Notes: a model not told the origin generated them from the letters alone. 64,000 bases of DNA from Candidatus Woesearchaeota archaeon (GCA_964408235.1 CAYOYN010000001.1:13450-77449); one strand, 5' to 3'; shown: positions 53,278 to 63,240, counted from the first letter of the stretch. Program-made: numbers and translations.

Positions 53278-56200
53278 TTATTGTTCGTATTTGTTCTTTA
53301 GTTCAAATGAGGTTAATATATGTAATCCTAGTAGTTCTTCAACTAATAGTTTGAATGCATATGCAACTTCAATTGGTTCAATTTCATTTCCTCCACAAAT
53401 TGGACAGTAAGTTTTATTTCTAATTCCATCTTTAACTCCGATATTCCCACAAGATGAACATATATGTATAACAGTCTTATCTGAATCGTATCTTTCTTTT
53501 AACAACAGTGAAGCTCCATGTGCAACTAATGCTTGCTGTTCCATTTCTCCTAATCTCAAAGCTCCGCCTCTAGCTCTTCCCTCTACTGGCTGACGAGTTA
53601 ATAATGTAACTTTACCGCTTGCTCTTGCCTGTAATTTGTTCTTAACCATGTGGACAAGTTTCAAATAATACATGTTACCAACATAAATTCTAGCATCCAT
53701 CTTTCTTCCTGTAACTCCGTCGTACATTTCTTCTTTTCCATCAAATGAGAATCCCATATGCTGAAGTTGTTTTTCTAAGTCTTCAACCTTTGCTCCAGTG
53801 AAAGGTGTTCCATCGATAAATCTTCCTGTAACAGCTCCAACTTTTCCAGCTAGAACTTCAATCATGTAACCAACAGTCATTCTTGAAGGTATACCGTGAG
53901 GATTGAAAATCAAATCTGGCTTAACTCCTTTAGCTGTAAATGGAATATCCTTAGGGTCTGCTAACAATCCAACTACTCCTTTCTGTCCGTGAGGTGTAGA
54001 GAATTTGTCTCCAGGTTCAGGCAATCTATGGTCTCTTATTCTAACTCTAGCAATCTTGTTTCCTTCAGAGTCAGTTGTGATAAATACTGAATCTACAATT
54101 CCAGACTCTCCTTGTTTTATCGCTACGCTTCCTTCTTTCTTTGATTGGATGCTTAAGTTTCTTGCTTCAGATAAGAATTTAGGAGGAGTAGTTCTACCAA
54201 TAATAACTTCAGATGCTGATAATTGAGCTTCAGGGTATACTATTCCATCGTCTTCAAGTAATCTGTAAGAAGTTTCAGTTCTGTAACCAGAAACATCTTT
54301 GTCTGGAATAGTAATCTCATCTTTTAATCCACCAGCATAATTAAATTCAACAGACTCATATGGTTTGAAGTATGTGCTTCTACCCATTCCTCTTTCAACA
54401 CTTGCCCTGTTAAGTATTGTAGCGTCTTCTAAGTTATATCCTTCATAAGGCATAACCGCAACTACTATGTTTTGTCCAGCTGGATATAGCTTCAATGTAT
54501 CGAATACAAAACTCTTTACAAGAGGATTCTGTGGGTAGTGAAGAACTGATGAGTTAGTATCCATTCTTACAAGATAGTTAGCTGCATAAATTCCTAAACT
54601 CTGTCTTAAAGTTTTACTTCCTCTTAACAACCTAGATGCCTGGTCATGGTTTGCAAAAGGTACAAGAGAAGTAACAAGTCCGAAAATAGCAACAGGGTCA
54701 ATTTCTAAATGAGTGTTTTTATCATTTACAGATTCAGGAGTCTGAGCAACGAAAGCATCTTCTTCTTCGCTAGCATCAATATACTCTACAACTCCTTCTT
54801 TAATTAATTCTCTCCAATTTAATGAGCCTTGTTCTAATAATACTAAATGTTCATCCTTAAGCTTACTTGCTCCGTGTTCAACAACAATCAAAGGACGCAA
54901 TACTCTTCCAACTTCAGTTGAAATAACAATTGTTTTAGCAGGACTATCGCTTGAAATGCTTAATTCAAGAGGGAAATTTCCTTTTCTTCTTTCTCTTCTT
55001 ACATTAGAAACAAAAGCTTCAACATCCTTTGCCATACCAATATATTTACCGTTAAAGAATACATCTTTTCCAGTTTCTTCATTTAATCCAAGAGATTGTA
55101 TCTGCTTAACCATAGTCTTTTCATCAAAGTCGATAGCATTAGAAATTCTAGATAATATTGCTAGGTTCTTTCTTAATCCAATTTCAGTTCCTTCTGGAGT
55201 TTCAGTAGGACAGAATCTTCCATAGTGTGTAGGGTGTAATGTTCTAGCTAAGAAGTTTTCTTGTTCATCTGGAAGCATTGAAGAAACTCTCTGAAGTGAA
55301 GATAACATATCAAGGTAGTTGTTCTTGGACATGTTCTGAGTAACTCCAGATCTTTCTCCAATCCAAGCTCCTGTAGCGATAGCACTTTCAACTCTATGAG
55401 TGAATAAAGTGGACTTAGCAACAGTCTTTACAGAATAGAATTTCTTTCTTTTAGCAACTTTTTGAAGAGTATACTGAATATCTTTAACAAGAATATTCAT
55501 ATTTACTCTGAACAAATCTGCAAGTAAGTCTCCTGATAATTTGATTCTTTTATTTGCATAATGGTCTTTATCTGTTCTTAATGAGCTGTCTTGTTTAGCC
55601 TGTAAAAATTGTTTAATCATTTTACACAAATTAATTGCCTTTTCCATTCTATGTTCTTTAGTCAAACCAATATGAGGCATAAAGTAAGAATCAACTCTTT
55701 GCTTAACTCTATCTAAAATTTCTTTTTCAGTTCCTTGTATTCCTGAAAGTTCAGCAATCATCATGAATGCATCTTTAGATTGTTGTACCTTAGCGTATTC
55801 ATACAAGTTAACTATAACTGAATCATCTTGTCTTCCAATATACTTAGCAATTTCAGCTTCAGTTAATATTCCTAAAGCCTTTATCATAACCAAAGCAGGA
55901 ATATTCTTTAGTCTAGAGAATGTAACTTCTAATATTCCTTCATTAGTTTCAGAAACAGTTGTAGGAATTCTATAAGGTCCTCTTTGAGAAAACATACGTA
56001 CGGTCAATCCACGTCTTCCTTCTTCGATAAATGGCTGGTTAGGAGCTAAATCTTCAGCCATAACAATTACTCTTTCATTACCATTAACTATAAAGTAACC
56101 CCCAGGGTCCAGAGGGTCCATCAAAGACTCTCGTAATTCATCTTTAGACATATCATGGGTATTACATGTATCGCTCTTTACAATTACAGGGATTCTTCCA

Positions 56201-56526
56201 ATTTCTACTTCAGCAGAATCAGAATTATCTCCAAAATTAACTGTGATTTCTACATAAATAGGAGCAGAATAAGTTATTCTTCTTAATCTAGCCTCTGTTG
56301 GAGTAATTAAAGAAATACTTCCATCTGATTCTGTAACATTAGGTTTTCCAATCCTTACCTTTCCAAATTTGATCTTAACTTCTTCTTGAGGGATAGTATC
56401 ATTCAATTCATAGACAATTTGTTGCATCCTTCTAGAAATAAAGTCATTAAAGCTTCTAACGCTTGATTCTACCAGAGAGTGTTGTTGTAAATATTTTTTG
56501 ATGAGTATGTGTTTATCAGCGCTCAT
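53278..56526 (-). CDS. rpoB: DNA-directed RNA polymerase subunit B (unsplit)
   Basis: 1082 aa with archaeal RpoB motifs throughout, including C-terminal Zn CSSCG...CPICG. Confidence 0.95.
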   Translation of the reverse strand: MSADKHILIKKYLQQHSLVESSVRSFNDFISRRMQQIVYELNDTIPQEEVKIKFGKVRIGKPNVTESDGSISLITPTEARLRRITYSAPIYVEITVNFGDNSDSAEVEIGRIPVIVKSDTCNTHDMSKDELRESLMDPLDPGGYFIVNGNERVIVMAEDLAPNQPFIEEGRRGLTVRMFSQRGPYRIPTTVSETNEGILEVTFSRLKNIPALVMIKALGILTEAEIAKYIGRQDDSVIVNLYEYAKVQQSKDAFMMIAELSGIQGTEKEILDRVKQRVDSYFMPHIGLTKEHRMEKAINLCKMIKQFLQAKQDSSLRTDKDHYANKRIKLSGDLLADLFRVNMNILVKDIQYTLQKVAKRKKFYSVKTVAKSTLFTHRVESAIATGAWIGERSGVTQNMSKNNYLDMLSSLQRVSSMLPDEQENFLARTLHPTHYGRFCPTETPEGTEIGLRKNLAILSRISNAIDFDEKTMVKQIQSLGLNEETGKDVFFNGKYIGMAKDVEAFVSNVRRERRKGNFPLELSISSDSPAKTIVISTEVGRVLRPLIVVEHGASKLKDEHLVLLEQGSLNWRELIKEGVVEYIDASEEEDAFVAQTPESVNDKNTHLEIDPVAIFGLVTSLVPFANHDQASRLLRGSKTLRQSLGIYAANYLVRMDTNSSVLHYPQNPLVKSFVFDTLKLYPAGQNIVVAVMPYEGYNLEDATILNRASVERGMGRSTYFKPYESVEFNYAGGLKDEITIPDKDVSGYRTETSYRLLEDDGIVYPEAQLSASEVIIGRTTPPKFLSEARNLSIQSKKEGSVAIKQGESGIVDSVFITTDSEGNKIARVRIRDHRLPEPGDKFSTPHGQKGVVGLLADPKDIPFTAKGVKPDLIFNPHGIPSRMTVGYMIEVLAGKVGAVTGRFIDGTPFTGAKVEDLEKQLQHMGFSFDGKEEMYDGVTGRKMDARIYVGNMYYLKLVHMVKNKLQARASGKVTLLTRQPVEGRARGGALRLGEMEQQALVAHGASLLLKERYDSDKTVIHICSSCGNIGVKDGIRNKTYCPICGGNEIEPIEVAYAFKLLVEELLGLHILTSFELKNKYEQ

Positions 56527-56741
56527 GCAACCACCCTAAAATAAACATTTAATTTGTCTCTAAACTTTCTTTCAATTTGAATAACGTCTCCAGCAACACA
56601 GTCTTGAGGTAATGCAGGATCATCAGCTTTAATTCTTGGTAATTGTGAAATTGATATATTATACTTCTCTAGAACTTTCTTAACCTCGTCGGTTTTTAGC
56701 TTTGAATGTTTTGGTTGAAGGGCGTGCATTTTTAGTCGCAA
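56523..56741 (-). CDS. rpoH: DNA-directed RNA polymerase subunit H (Rpb5-like)
   Basis: 72 aa. Overlaps the rpoB start by 4 nt. Conserved Rpb5 C-domain-like sequence. Confidence 0.85.
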   Translation of the reverse strand: MRLKMHALQPKHSKLKTDEVKKVLEKYNISISQLPRIKADDPALPQDCVAGDVIQIERKFRDKLNVYFRVVA

Positions 56742-56967
56742 AAATCATAAGGCATTTTATGACTTTGAAGTTAGAATGAATTGCAAAAAGTGGTTTTTAA
56801 ATCTTCCGATTTACTATCGGTAACAGTATGAACCATTTAGACAGGGAGCTATTAATTAATTTTTGTTAAATATTTCTTTTTTATAGAAAGAATTTAATTT
56901 CAAACTTCCTTGTTCTACCGTCCTCAACATGCTCGGACACTCACTGCAGAGTTTGAAATGGCCCCGA

Positions 56968-57042
56968 TGGGATTTGAACCCACGACACCCGCGTTAAGAG
57001 CGCGGTGCTCTGACCAGGCTGAGCTACGAGGCCTTTTGTATT
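56968..57042 (-). tRNA. tRNA-Lys (anticodon CTT)
   Basis: Manual fold of the reverse complement. Acceptor GGCCTCG/CGGGGCC. D-arm GCTC/GAGC. Anticodon stem CCGCG/CGCGG with loop CTCTTAA. T-arm GTGGG-TTCAAAT-CCCAT. Discriminator A. Confidence 0.8.
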
Positions 57043-57105
57043 TATTAAACTCGAAAAATGGTATTTAACTGTTGTGTTTTTAGTTAATTTTTTAAAGAGC
57101 TGTTT

Positions 57106-57561
57106 TTGACAATTTTCATGAATATCCAGATACCAGATACTAGCATTGTTAGAATTTTGGCAAGAGAAAAGTTAAGAAAAAACTTCCCCTTGTATAAGGT
57201 CTCAGATGATGTGAAGGCCCTAGAAATAAGAGGGGACAAAATAAGATTGGTTTATAGGACTACAGAAGATATTCCTGAAATAGTAAAGGGAAGTACACAT
57301 TTAGATATGGAGTTTTGGTTTCCAAGATTATGTTTTCTTAATTCAATAGAAGTTAGAGAAGAAGAAAGAGGTAAGGGCATGGGCCATAAATTATATTTAA
57401 CTTGTGAAGAAATTGCAAGAAGTCTTGGATGTGAAAGATTATGTCAAACTCCTTCAGGAGTAATTGTAGTTAATGGAAAATTTGTAGAAACAAGAGAAGA
57501 CTATCTAGTAAGAAGAGGATATTCAAGAGTAGAAGGCGGACAAGTAGAAAAAATACTATGA
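57106..57561 (+). CDS. GNAT-like small protein, paralog 1 (putative acetyltransferase fold)
   Basis: EEERGKGMGHKLYLTCEEIARSLGCERLCQTPSGV resembles GNAT motif A (R-x-x-G-x-G). Paralogous to the next ORF. Confidence 0.45.
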   Translation: MTIFMNIQIPDTSIVRILAREKLRKNFPLYKVSDDVKALEIRGDKIRLVYRTTEDIPEIVKGSTHLDMEFWFPRLCFLNSIEVREEERGKGMGHKLYLTCEEIARSLGCERLCQTPSGVIVVNGKFVETREDYLVRRGYSRVEGGQVEKIL

Positions 57562-58004
57562 TAGAGATACCAAATAATGAAGAAGTAGAAGAAATAATTC
57601 GTCAGAGTTTATCTTTAGAATTTCCTCTTTATCATCCAAGTCATAGCGTGTTTGTAAAAAGAAGTCAAGAGAAAAGTAGGAGATTATGCATTAATTATGA
57701 TTCTAGAAAATCAGATTATGCTAACAGAAGTTGGAGAACTCATTTGGACCTCACAGTTTCAAATGATATTTTCTATTTAGTAAGTATTGCAATTAACGAG
57801 GAATTCAGGGGACAAGGTAATGGTTGGGGGTTATACCAAGCAGCTTTTTCAACTGCAAGAGAAATGGGTTTTCAATTTGTAAGGCAAACCCCATCAGGAG
57901 GCCCAATTATAAAAGGAGTAAGGACTTGCTCAAGAAAAGATTATTTGTTAAAAAGAGGATGTATTCCAGCTCCAGGAAATCAAGTAGATTGGATTATTGT
58001 TTGA
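57558..58004 (+). CDS. GNAT-like small protein, paralog 2
   Basis: EEFRGQGNGWGLYQAAFSTAREMGFQFVRQTPSGG. Starts at the ATGA overlap with paralog 1. Confidence 0.45.
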   Translation: MIEIPNNEEVEEIIRQSLSLEFPLYHPSHSVFVKRSQEKSRRLCINYDSRKSDYANRSWRTHLDLTVSNDIFYLVSIAINEEFRGQGNGWGLYQAAFSTAREMGFQFVRQTPSGGPIIKGVRTCSRKDYLLKRGCIPAPGNQVDWIIV

Positions 58005-58322
58005 TTACTTAATTTTCTCAGCCATCTTTACAATATCATTTTCGCTTAAAGCTCCAACTTTCATGTCTACTGCTTGCCCATTTTTGAAGGCAATAGTCGT
58101 AGGAATACTCATTACACCATATTCCATGGCAATATCCTGAGCTCCATCAACATTCAGTTTTGCAAATTTAACACTAGTAACTTTGTGAGATGCTTTTTCA
58201 AAGTTAGGAGCCATTATTTTACAAGGCCCACACCAATCAGCATAGAAATCAACAATTACAGAGCCTTTGGCAATAGTGCTACTAAAATTCTTTGAATCTA
58301 AAACTTGAATATTTTGAGACAT
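58005..58322 (-). CDS. trxA: Thioredoxin
   Basis: WCGPCK active site. 105 aa. Confidence 0.9.
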   Translation of the reverse strand: MSQNIQVLDSKNFSSTIAKGSVIVDFYADWCGPCKIMAPNFEKASHKVTSVKFAKLNVDGAQDIAMEYGVMSIPTTIAFKNGQAVDMKVGALSENDIVKMAEKIK

Positions 58323-58411
58323 GATGTTTTTGATAATTATTAATTAATAAATATTGTTGTTCATTAAAGAGTAATACGTAGATTTAAAAACGTTTTATTC
58401 AAAATCCAAGG

Positions 58412-58876
58412 ATGTCAATCAAGAAAGGAGACTTAGTAGCTCTAAATTATGAAGGTCGCTTTGAAAATGGCGAAGTCTTTGATTCTTCATCCCATGGAGG
58501 CCACGAACATCCTCTAGAATTTGTAGCTGGAGAAGGCCATGTTGTTGCTGGTTTTGACAAAGCAGTTATTGGGATGTCTAAAGGAGAAGAGAAAGAGTTT
58601 ACAATCAAACCAAGTGAAGCATACGGAGAACGCAATCCAGACTTAGAACAAAAAGTCCCAAGAAGCCAATTACCAAAAGAACAAGAACCAGAAGTTGGAA
58701 TGGTTATTGTTGCGTCTACCCCAGAAGGAGAACAATTCCCCGTACAAATCATTGCAGTAGATTCAGAAACAGTGACTCTAGATTTGAATCATCCTCTGGC
58801 TGGAAAAACTTTAGTTTTCAAAATTAAAATATTAGATGTTAACCACGAGAAAGGAAAGTATTCTCATAACTATTAA
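58412..58876 (+). CDS. FKBP-type peptidyl-prolyl cis-trans isomerase (SlyD-like short FKBP)
   Basis: VALNYEGRFENGEVFDSS...PLEFVAGEGHVVAGFDKAVIGMSKGEEKEFTIKPSEAYGERNPDL. Confidence 0.85.
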   Translation: MSIKKGDLVALNYEGRFENGEVFDSSSHGGHEHPLEFVAGEGHVVAGFDKAVIGMSKGEEKEFTIKPSEAYGERNPDLEQKVPRSQLPKEQEPEVGMVIVASTPEGEQFPVQIIAVDSETVTLDLNHPLAGKTLVFKIKILDVNHEKGKYSHNY

Positions 58877-59196
58877 ATAAGCTTTACAGCAGTGCCGTAA
58901 GCCAACATTTCTGAAGCGCCGGCCATTACAGTAGAGGTTGCAAATCTAACATTTACAACGGCATCTGCACCCATTTTTAAGGCATTGTTTACCATTCTGT
59001 TATAAGCTTCATCACGAGACTGAGAAATTAATTCAGTGTAAGTTTTAATCTCTCCACCTACAATATTTTTTAATGCGGCGCCAATATCGTGGCCTATATT
59101 TCTTGATCTAACTGTATTTCCTCTAACTATCCCAAGTATTTTTTTTATCTTTTTTCCAGGTATATTTTCAGATGTTGTTACAATTATTTCAGCCAT
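58873..59196 (-). CDS. YbjQ/UPF0145 (DUF74) family protein
   Basis: ILGIVRGNTVRSRNIGHDIGAALKNIVGGEIKTYTELISQSRDEAYNRMVNNALKMGADAVVNVRF matches the UPF0145 consensus. Confidence 0.85.
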   Translation of the reverse strand: MAEIIVTTSENIPGKKIKKILGIVRGNTVRSRNIGHDIGAALKNIVGGEIKTYTELISQSRDEAYNRMVNNALKMGADAVVNVRFATSTVMAGASEMLAYGTAVKLI

Positions 59197-59220
59197 GTTA
59201 TAGAAAAAGGATTCTTCTTT

Positions 59221-59409
59221 TTATTTCTTTCGTATTTCTTCAATTTTATCTTCTTTATTAGTATTAATTATCATATAAAGTCCAATACATACTAAAAGTA
59301 AACCGAAAGGTATTGAGATAAATGGAACTCCTAATTCGGAAGTTGCGATTAGTGTTGAAAATCCCAAGGTAGAAATAACAATTCCAGATAAAACTCCGCT
59401 AAAAGACAT
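59221..59409 (-). CDS. Small two-TM membrane protein (62 aa)
   Basis: Hydropathy only. Confidence 0.3.
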   Translation of the reverse strand: MSFSGVLSGIVISTLGFSTLIATSELGVPFISIPFGLLLVCIGLYMIINTNKEDKIEEIRKK

Positions 59410-59438
59410 GAGAAGAAAAAATCAAATTAATTAATAAA

Positions 59439-59660
59439 TCATTCTATCTCTTCAGAGTAGGTGTTTCCGTTAGAGTCTACGCAAATTCTAGGGTAAACTT
59501 GAATTACGGAGTATCCTTCGCTAACGCAATCTTCAAAGTTTTTAACTTCATCATCTATTTTATTATCTATATATTTTCCAACTTCGTAGCATGCAAAAGC
59601 CCCAGCTGAATAAACAATAATCATTATCGCTACAAGTGCAACCATTTTTATCATCTTCAA
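59439..59660 (-). CDS. Small secreted protein with signal peptide and 3 Cys (73 aa)
   Basis: N-terminal hydrophobic signal. Confidence 0.3.
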   Translation of the reverse strand: MKMIKMVALVAIMIIVYSAGAFACYEVGKYIDNKIDDEVKNFEDCVSEGYSVIQVYPRICVDSNGNTYSEEIE

Positions 59661-59749
59661 AAATAATTATTTTAGTATTTAAATCGATAGAAGACTTCAA
59701 TTAGTTTTGAAGTGAGAAAATTTATTAACCTATCAAACAATAAATTTTT

Positions 59750-60148
59750 ATGAAATCAGACCCAGTAGTTCATTTTGAAATGCCTGCAGAAGACAAAAAG
59801 CGCGTCAAAGAGTTCTATGAAAAAACTTTCGGTTGGAAAATGGAACAACTAGGAAAGGAAATGGGGGATTATCTTTTAGCAAATACTACAGAAACAGATC
59901 AAAATGGAATGATAAAAAATCCTGGAGCAATTAACGGTGGATTCTATCAAAAAAGTGATCAATATGGAACAATGCCTCATATAGTAATATCAGTAAATCA
60001 TTTAGAAAATAGTATCAAATCAGTAAAAAAACACGGTGGAAAAATAGATGGAAAAATCCAAGATATTCCAGGAATCGGCAAGTTCGTAATGTTTTTAGAT
60101 ACAGAAGGAAACAGAGTTGGAATGATGCAACCCTTAGAAATGCAATAA
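59750..60148 (+). CDS. Glyoxalase/bleomycin-resistance/VOC family protein
   Basis: VHFEMPAEDKKRVKEFYEKTFGW...GKFVMFLDTEGNRVGMMQ is the VOC fold pattern. Confidence 0.8.
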   Translation: MKSDPVVHFEMPAEDKKRVKEFYEKTFGWKMEQLGKEMGDYLLANTTETDQNGMIKNPGAINGGFYQKSDQYGTMPHIVISVNHLENSIKSVKKHGGKIDGKIQDIPGIGKFVMFLDTEGNRVGMMQPLEMQ

Positions 60149-60157
60149 ATTATTATT

Positions 60158-60427
60158 TTATTTGAACCACTCAATTTTTTCTTTTCTCGATAGGCTTTTA
60201 ACAAAATATTCATATTTAGAAGCTAGAGTCTTATTTATGCAATCTTTTGTTGCAATCAATTTAGAAAATCCTTTTGCCCTAACATATTTGCTCCCCCTTC
60301 CGGAAGCATGCATTTTCATGCGCTTCTCAATATCATTAGTGATCCCAGTATACCAAGAACCATCCTTACATTCAACAAGATATATCTTCCAAATCTTCTC
60401 AGTCATTGTAGTCTCTTCCAGTAGCAA
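60158..60427 (-). CDS. GIY-YIG nuclease-domain protein (UPF0213-like, standalone)
   Basis: IYLVECKDGSWYTGITNDIEKRMKMHASGRGSKYVRAKG matches the GIY-YIG motif. Confidence 0.8.
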   Translation of the reverse strand: MLLEETTMTEKIWKIYLVECKDGSWYTGITNDIEKRMKMHASGRGSKYVRAKGFSKLIATKDCINKTLASKYEYFVKSLSRKEKIEWFK

Positions 60428-60505
60428 AATCCCAATGTTTATATAGCCATTTTTGACAAGTTCTTTGTATTATCAGATAGTTCTTATCTTTTATTATAAA
60501 TTACA

Positions 60506-61855
60506 ATGGAAAAATTTGAAAATTTAGGCCTTAGTGAAGATTTGCTAGACGCAATAGAGAGAGAAGGATTCGTCAATCCTAGTGAGATACAGGAAAAAAC
60601 AATTCCATTAGTTCTTGCAGGTAAAGATGTAATTGGGTCTTCAGCAACAGGCTCAGGTAAAACTTTAGCCTTCGGAGCAGGAATTATAGATAAGGTAATT
60701 CCAGGACAAGGGATCCAAGCATTAATTCTAACACCTACAAGAGAATTAGCTGAACAAGTTGGAAAGACTTTATACAAGTTCTCTAGAAAAAAAGGAATTC
60801 ATGTGTCTCAAATTTATGGCGGAGTGTCAATGGACCCACAAGTAAGGACAATTAGAAACTCCGATATAATTGTAGGAACTCCGGGAAGATTATTAGATCA
60901 TTTAGAAAGAAGGACTCTAAACCTCTCAAAAATCAAATTCTTAGTTCTTGATGAAGCAGATAGAATGTTAGATATGGGGTTTGTAAGAGATGTTGAAAAA
61001 ATACTAAAAAATTGTCCTGTAAACAAACAAACTCTATTATTTACCGCAACTCTTTCACAAGATATTTCATATATGGCTAGAAAATATATGAATAATCCAG
61101 TACATGTAGAAGCAGGAGAAAAAGTAGATCCTACTAAACTTTATCAAATATACTACGATGTAAACCACGAACAAAAATTCTCATTACTAGCTCATTTACT
61201 AAAGTTAGAAAAAAATGGAGTTGTTATGGTATTTTGTAACACGAGAAGAAATACGGATAAATTAACAAGAAATTTAGGAATGAATGGAATAAGAGCAGAG
61301 TCGATTCACGGAGGACACTCTCAAAACAGGCGATCTAGTACATTACAGGCGTTCCATGAAAGGGGAATATTAATCTTAATATGTACAGATGTTGCTGCTC
61401 GTGGTTTAGATATAAAAGATGTTTCACATGTTTACAATTACGACATTCCTAAAACTCCGGCAGATTACGTTCATAGAATTGGAAGAACAGCAAGAGCAGG
61501 AAAAAACGGAATTGCAATATCATTTGTTTCTTCAGGAGATCATTCAGAATTTAGACAGATAATGAGGCAAGTAGATAATGTCGTGCAAAAGCAACCTCTT
61601 CCACAATTTGAAATGTTGCAATCTTCACAATCACAAGGAAATCAGAACAATAGGGGTAGAGATAGAGGGCATAATCTAACCCATGGCAATAGAGAGAGCT
61701 TCAATGGAAATAGAAGATTTAGTCATGGCAATAACAGAAGTCACGGTAACAGACGCGATTCAAGAACAAACAGGCCAGTTGGAGATAGAAGAGAAAGAAG
61801 AAACAATAACAGAAGAAATAACCTTAGTATGGGTAGACGTTTTAACAGAAGATAA
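60506..61855 (+). CDS. DEAD-box ATP-dependent RNA helicase with an RG/RGN-rich C-terminal tail
   Basis: Q-motif PSEIQEKTIP. Motif I ATGSGKT. PTRELA. DEAD (VLDEADRM). SAT (TAT). HGG..QN.R. HRIGRTAR. Confidence 0.95.
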   Translation: MEKFENLGLSEDLLDAIEREGFVNPSEIQEKTIPLVLAGKDVIGSSATGSGKTLAFGAGIIDKVIPGQGIQALILTPTRELAEQVGKTLYKFSRKKGIHVSQIYGGVSMDPQVRTIRNSDIIVGTPGRLLDHLERRTLNLSKIKFLVLDEADRMLDMGFVRDVEKILKNCPVNKQTLLFTATLSQDISYMARKYMNNPVHVEAGEKVDPTKLYQIYYDVNHEQKFSLLAHLLKLEKNGVVMVFCNTRRNTDKLTRNLGMNGIRAESIHGGHSQNRRSSTLQAFHERGILILICTDVAARGLDIKDVSHVYNYDIPKTPADYVHRIGRTARAGKNGIAISFVSSGDHSEFRQIMRQVDNVVQKQPLPQFEMLQSSQSQGNQNNRGRDRGHNLTHGNRESFNGNRRFSHGNNRSHGNRRDSRTNRPVGDRRERRNNNRRNNLSMGRRFNRR

Positions 61856-61903
61856 TGTTTCTAAATAGCATACGTTTATATACCGTCTAAAAAGACAATA
61901 GTT

Positions 61904-62095
61904 ATGAACGGAAAAATAAAGTTCTTTAATGAAATAAAAGGATTCGGTTTCGTTACTGGCGAAGATGGAAAAGACTATTTTCTACACAGTACTGGAATTG
62001 AAGGCGGAGCATCTTTAACAAAAGATGATGCTGTTACTTTTGAAACAGAAAAGACTGACAAAGGCTTGAAAGCTGTTAAAGTTAAGAAAGCTTAA
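61904..62095 (+). CDS. Cold-shock protein (CspA family, cold-shock domain)
   Basis: GKIKFFNEIKGFGFVTGEDGKDYFLH carries RNP1/RNP2-like motifs. 63 aa. Confidence 0.9.
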   Translation: MNGKIKFFNEIKGFGFVTGEDGKDYFLHSTGIEGGASLTKDDAVTFETEKTDKGLKAVKVKKA

Positions 62096-62144
62096 TTCTA
62101 AATTAAATTTATTAATAATTTTTTATTAGTTATCTATCTTAGAT

Positions 62145-62429
62145 TTATTCACACAAACTGTTGCATGCAATTCCATCTTTATCCAAATCAAGTCCGTGGA
62201 TATCAGAACTAGTGAAATTCATACATGTATTAAAAACAACTCTCGCTTCTTCACAATTAGTAAAGTCCTCGCAGTTGTAAATATCTGTTGAGCAATCAAC
62301 ACTTTCATTCATAGAAGGATTATCAAGATTATTTCCAACATTGGAGTTTACAAGGAAAAACAAAACGACAAATAATGCTATGAAGATAATGCATACAACA
62401 ATTATTAAGTTCCTTATGATTTTGTCCAT
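62145..62429 (-). CDS. Secreted Cys-rich protein with a C-terminal Excalibur-like calcium-binding motif
   Basis: N-terminal TM or signal. DLDKDGIACNSLCE matches the Excalibur DxDxDGxxCE motif. Confidence 0.5.
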   Translation of the reverse strand: MDKIIRNLIIVVCIIFIALFVVLFFLVNSNVGNNLDNPSMNESVDCSTDIYNCEDFTNCEEARVVFNTCMNFTSSDIHGLDLDKDGIACNSLCE

Positions 62430-62561
62430 TTAATTAACAAATATTTCAGATTATAAAATGGTTTTGCCCACTCGTTCAAACCTCAAAAAGATTAAGTTAT
62501 GTAACTACTTATAAATAACGCTTAAACAAAGTTTTAAATAACTTCTAATTTTTGGTAAATT

Positions 62562-63227
62562 ATGATAGAAGAATTAGTAGGCAAAATTTACAAGCCTCAC
62601 GAAGAAGGCATAACTCTAGTAGGAATAACAGGGTTTCAAGGAGCTGGTAAAAGCACATTAATAACGAATTTAAGAGATTATGTTCAAGGTCAAGGAATTG
62701 GATTTGAAACAATTTCAAGTGATTTATATCATCAATTTACGAGAGCGGAAAAAAGGGCGATATTTGAAAGAGGAAAAAGAGAAGGCATGAATTTAGTAGA
62801 TATCATGCTTCAAGCTTATCAACATAATACTGCTCTTATGAGGTCTCATTTTTCTACAGTAAAAAAAGGAGCAAACGTTCGCGAATCCGGATTATATGAA
62901 AATACTTCTGGAGAAAAAACTGCATTGTTAAATCTAAATTTAACAAAAAGGCCAACCCTGGTAGTTGCTGAAGGAGTATATATCTTACAAGATGGAGCCG
63001 GAGAGCTTTTAGATGGAGTAGTTTTTGTTGATGCGACTAAGGAAGAGCGTTTACGAAGAACAATAGAAAGACAATCAAAACGCCCAGGCGCACACAAAAT
63101 AGATCTAAATGCTTTTGAAGCAATGGAAGCTGCAAACCAACAATGGATTTGCCCTCATCTAAAAAAGCCTTATATCTCTGTAGAAAATACTGATTTTTTA
63201 AATCCGGTTATTAGGATGATTCAATAA
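62562..63227 (+). CDS. Uridine kinase / phosphoribulokinase-family P-loop kinase
   Basis: LVGITGFQGAGKSTL P-loop, VVAEGVY, and DATKEERLRRTIERQSKRPG resembling the uridine kinase C-terminal motif. Confidence 0.55.
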   Translation: MIEELVGKIYKPHEEGITLVGITGFQGAGKSTLITNLRDYVQGQGIGFETISSDLYHQFTRAEKRAIFERGKREGMNLVDIMLQAYQHNTALMRSHFSTVKKGANVRESGLYENTSGEKTALLNLNLTKRPTLVVAEGVYILQDGAGELLDGVVFVDATKEERLRRTIERQSKRPGAHKIDLNAFEAMEAANQQWICPHLKKPYISVENTDFLNPVIRMIQ

Positions 63228-63240
63228 CACAAAGTAAAAT

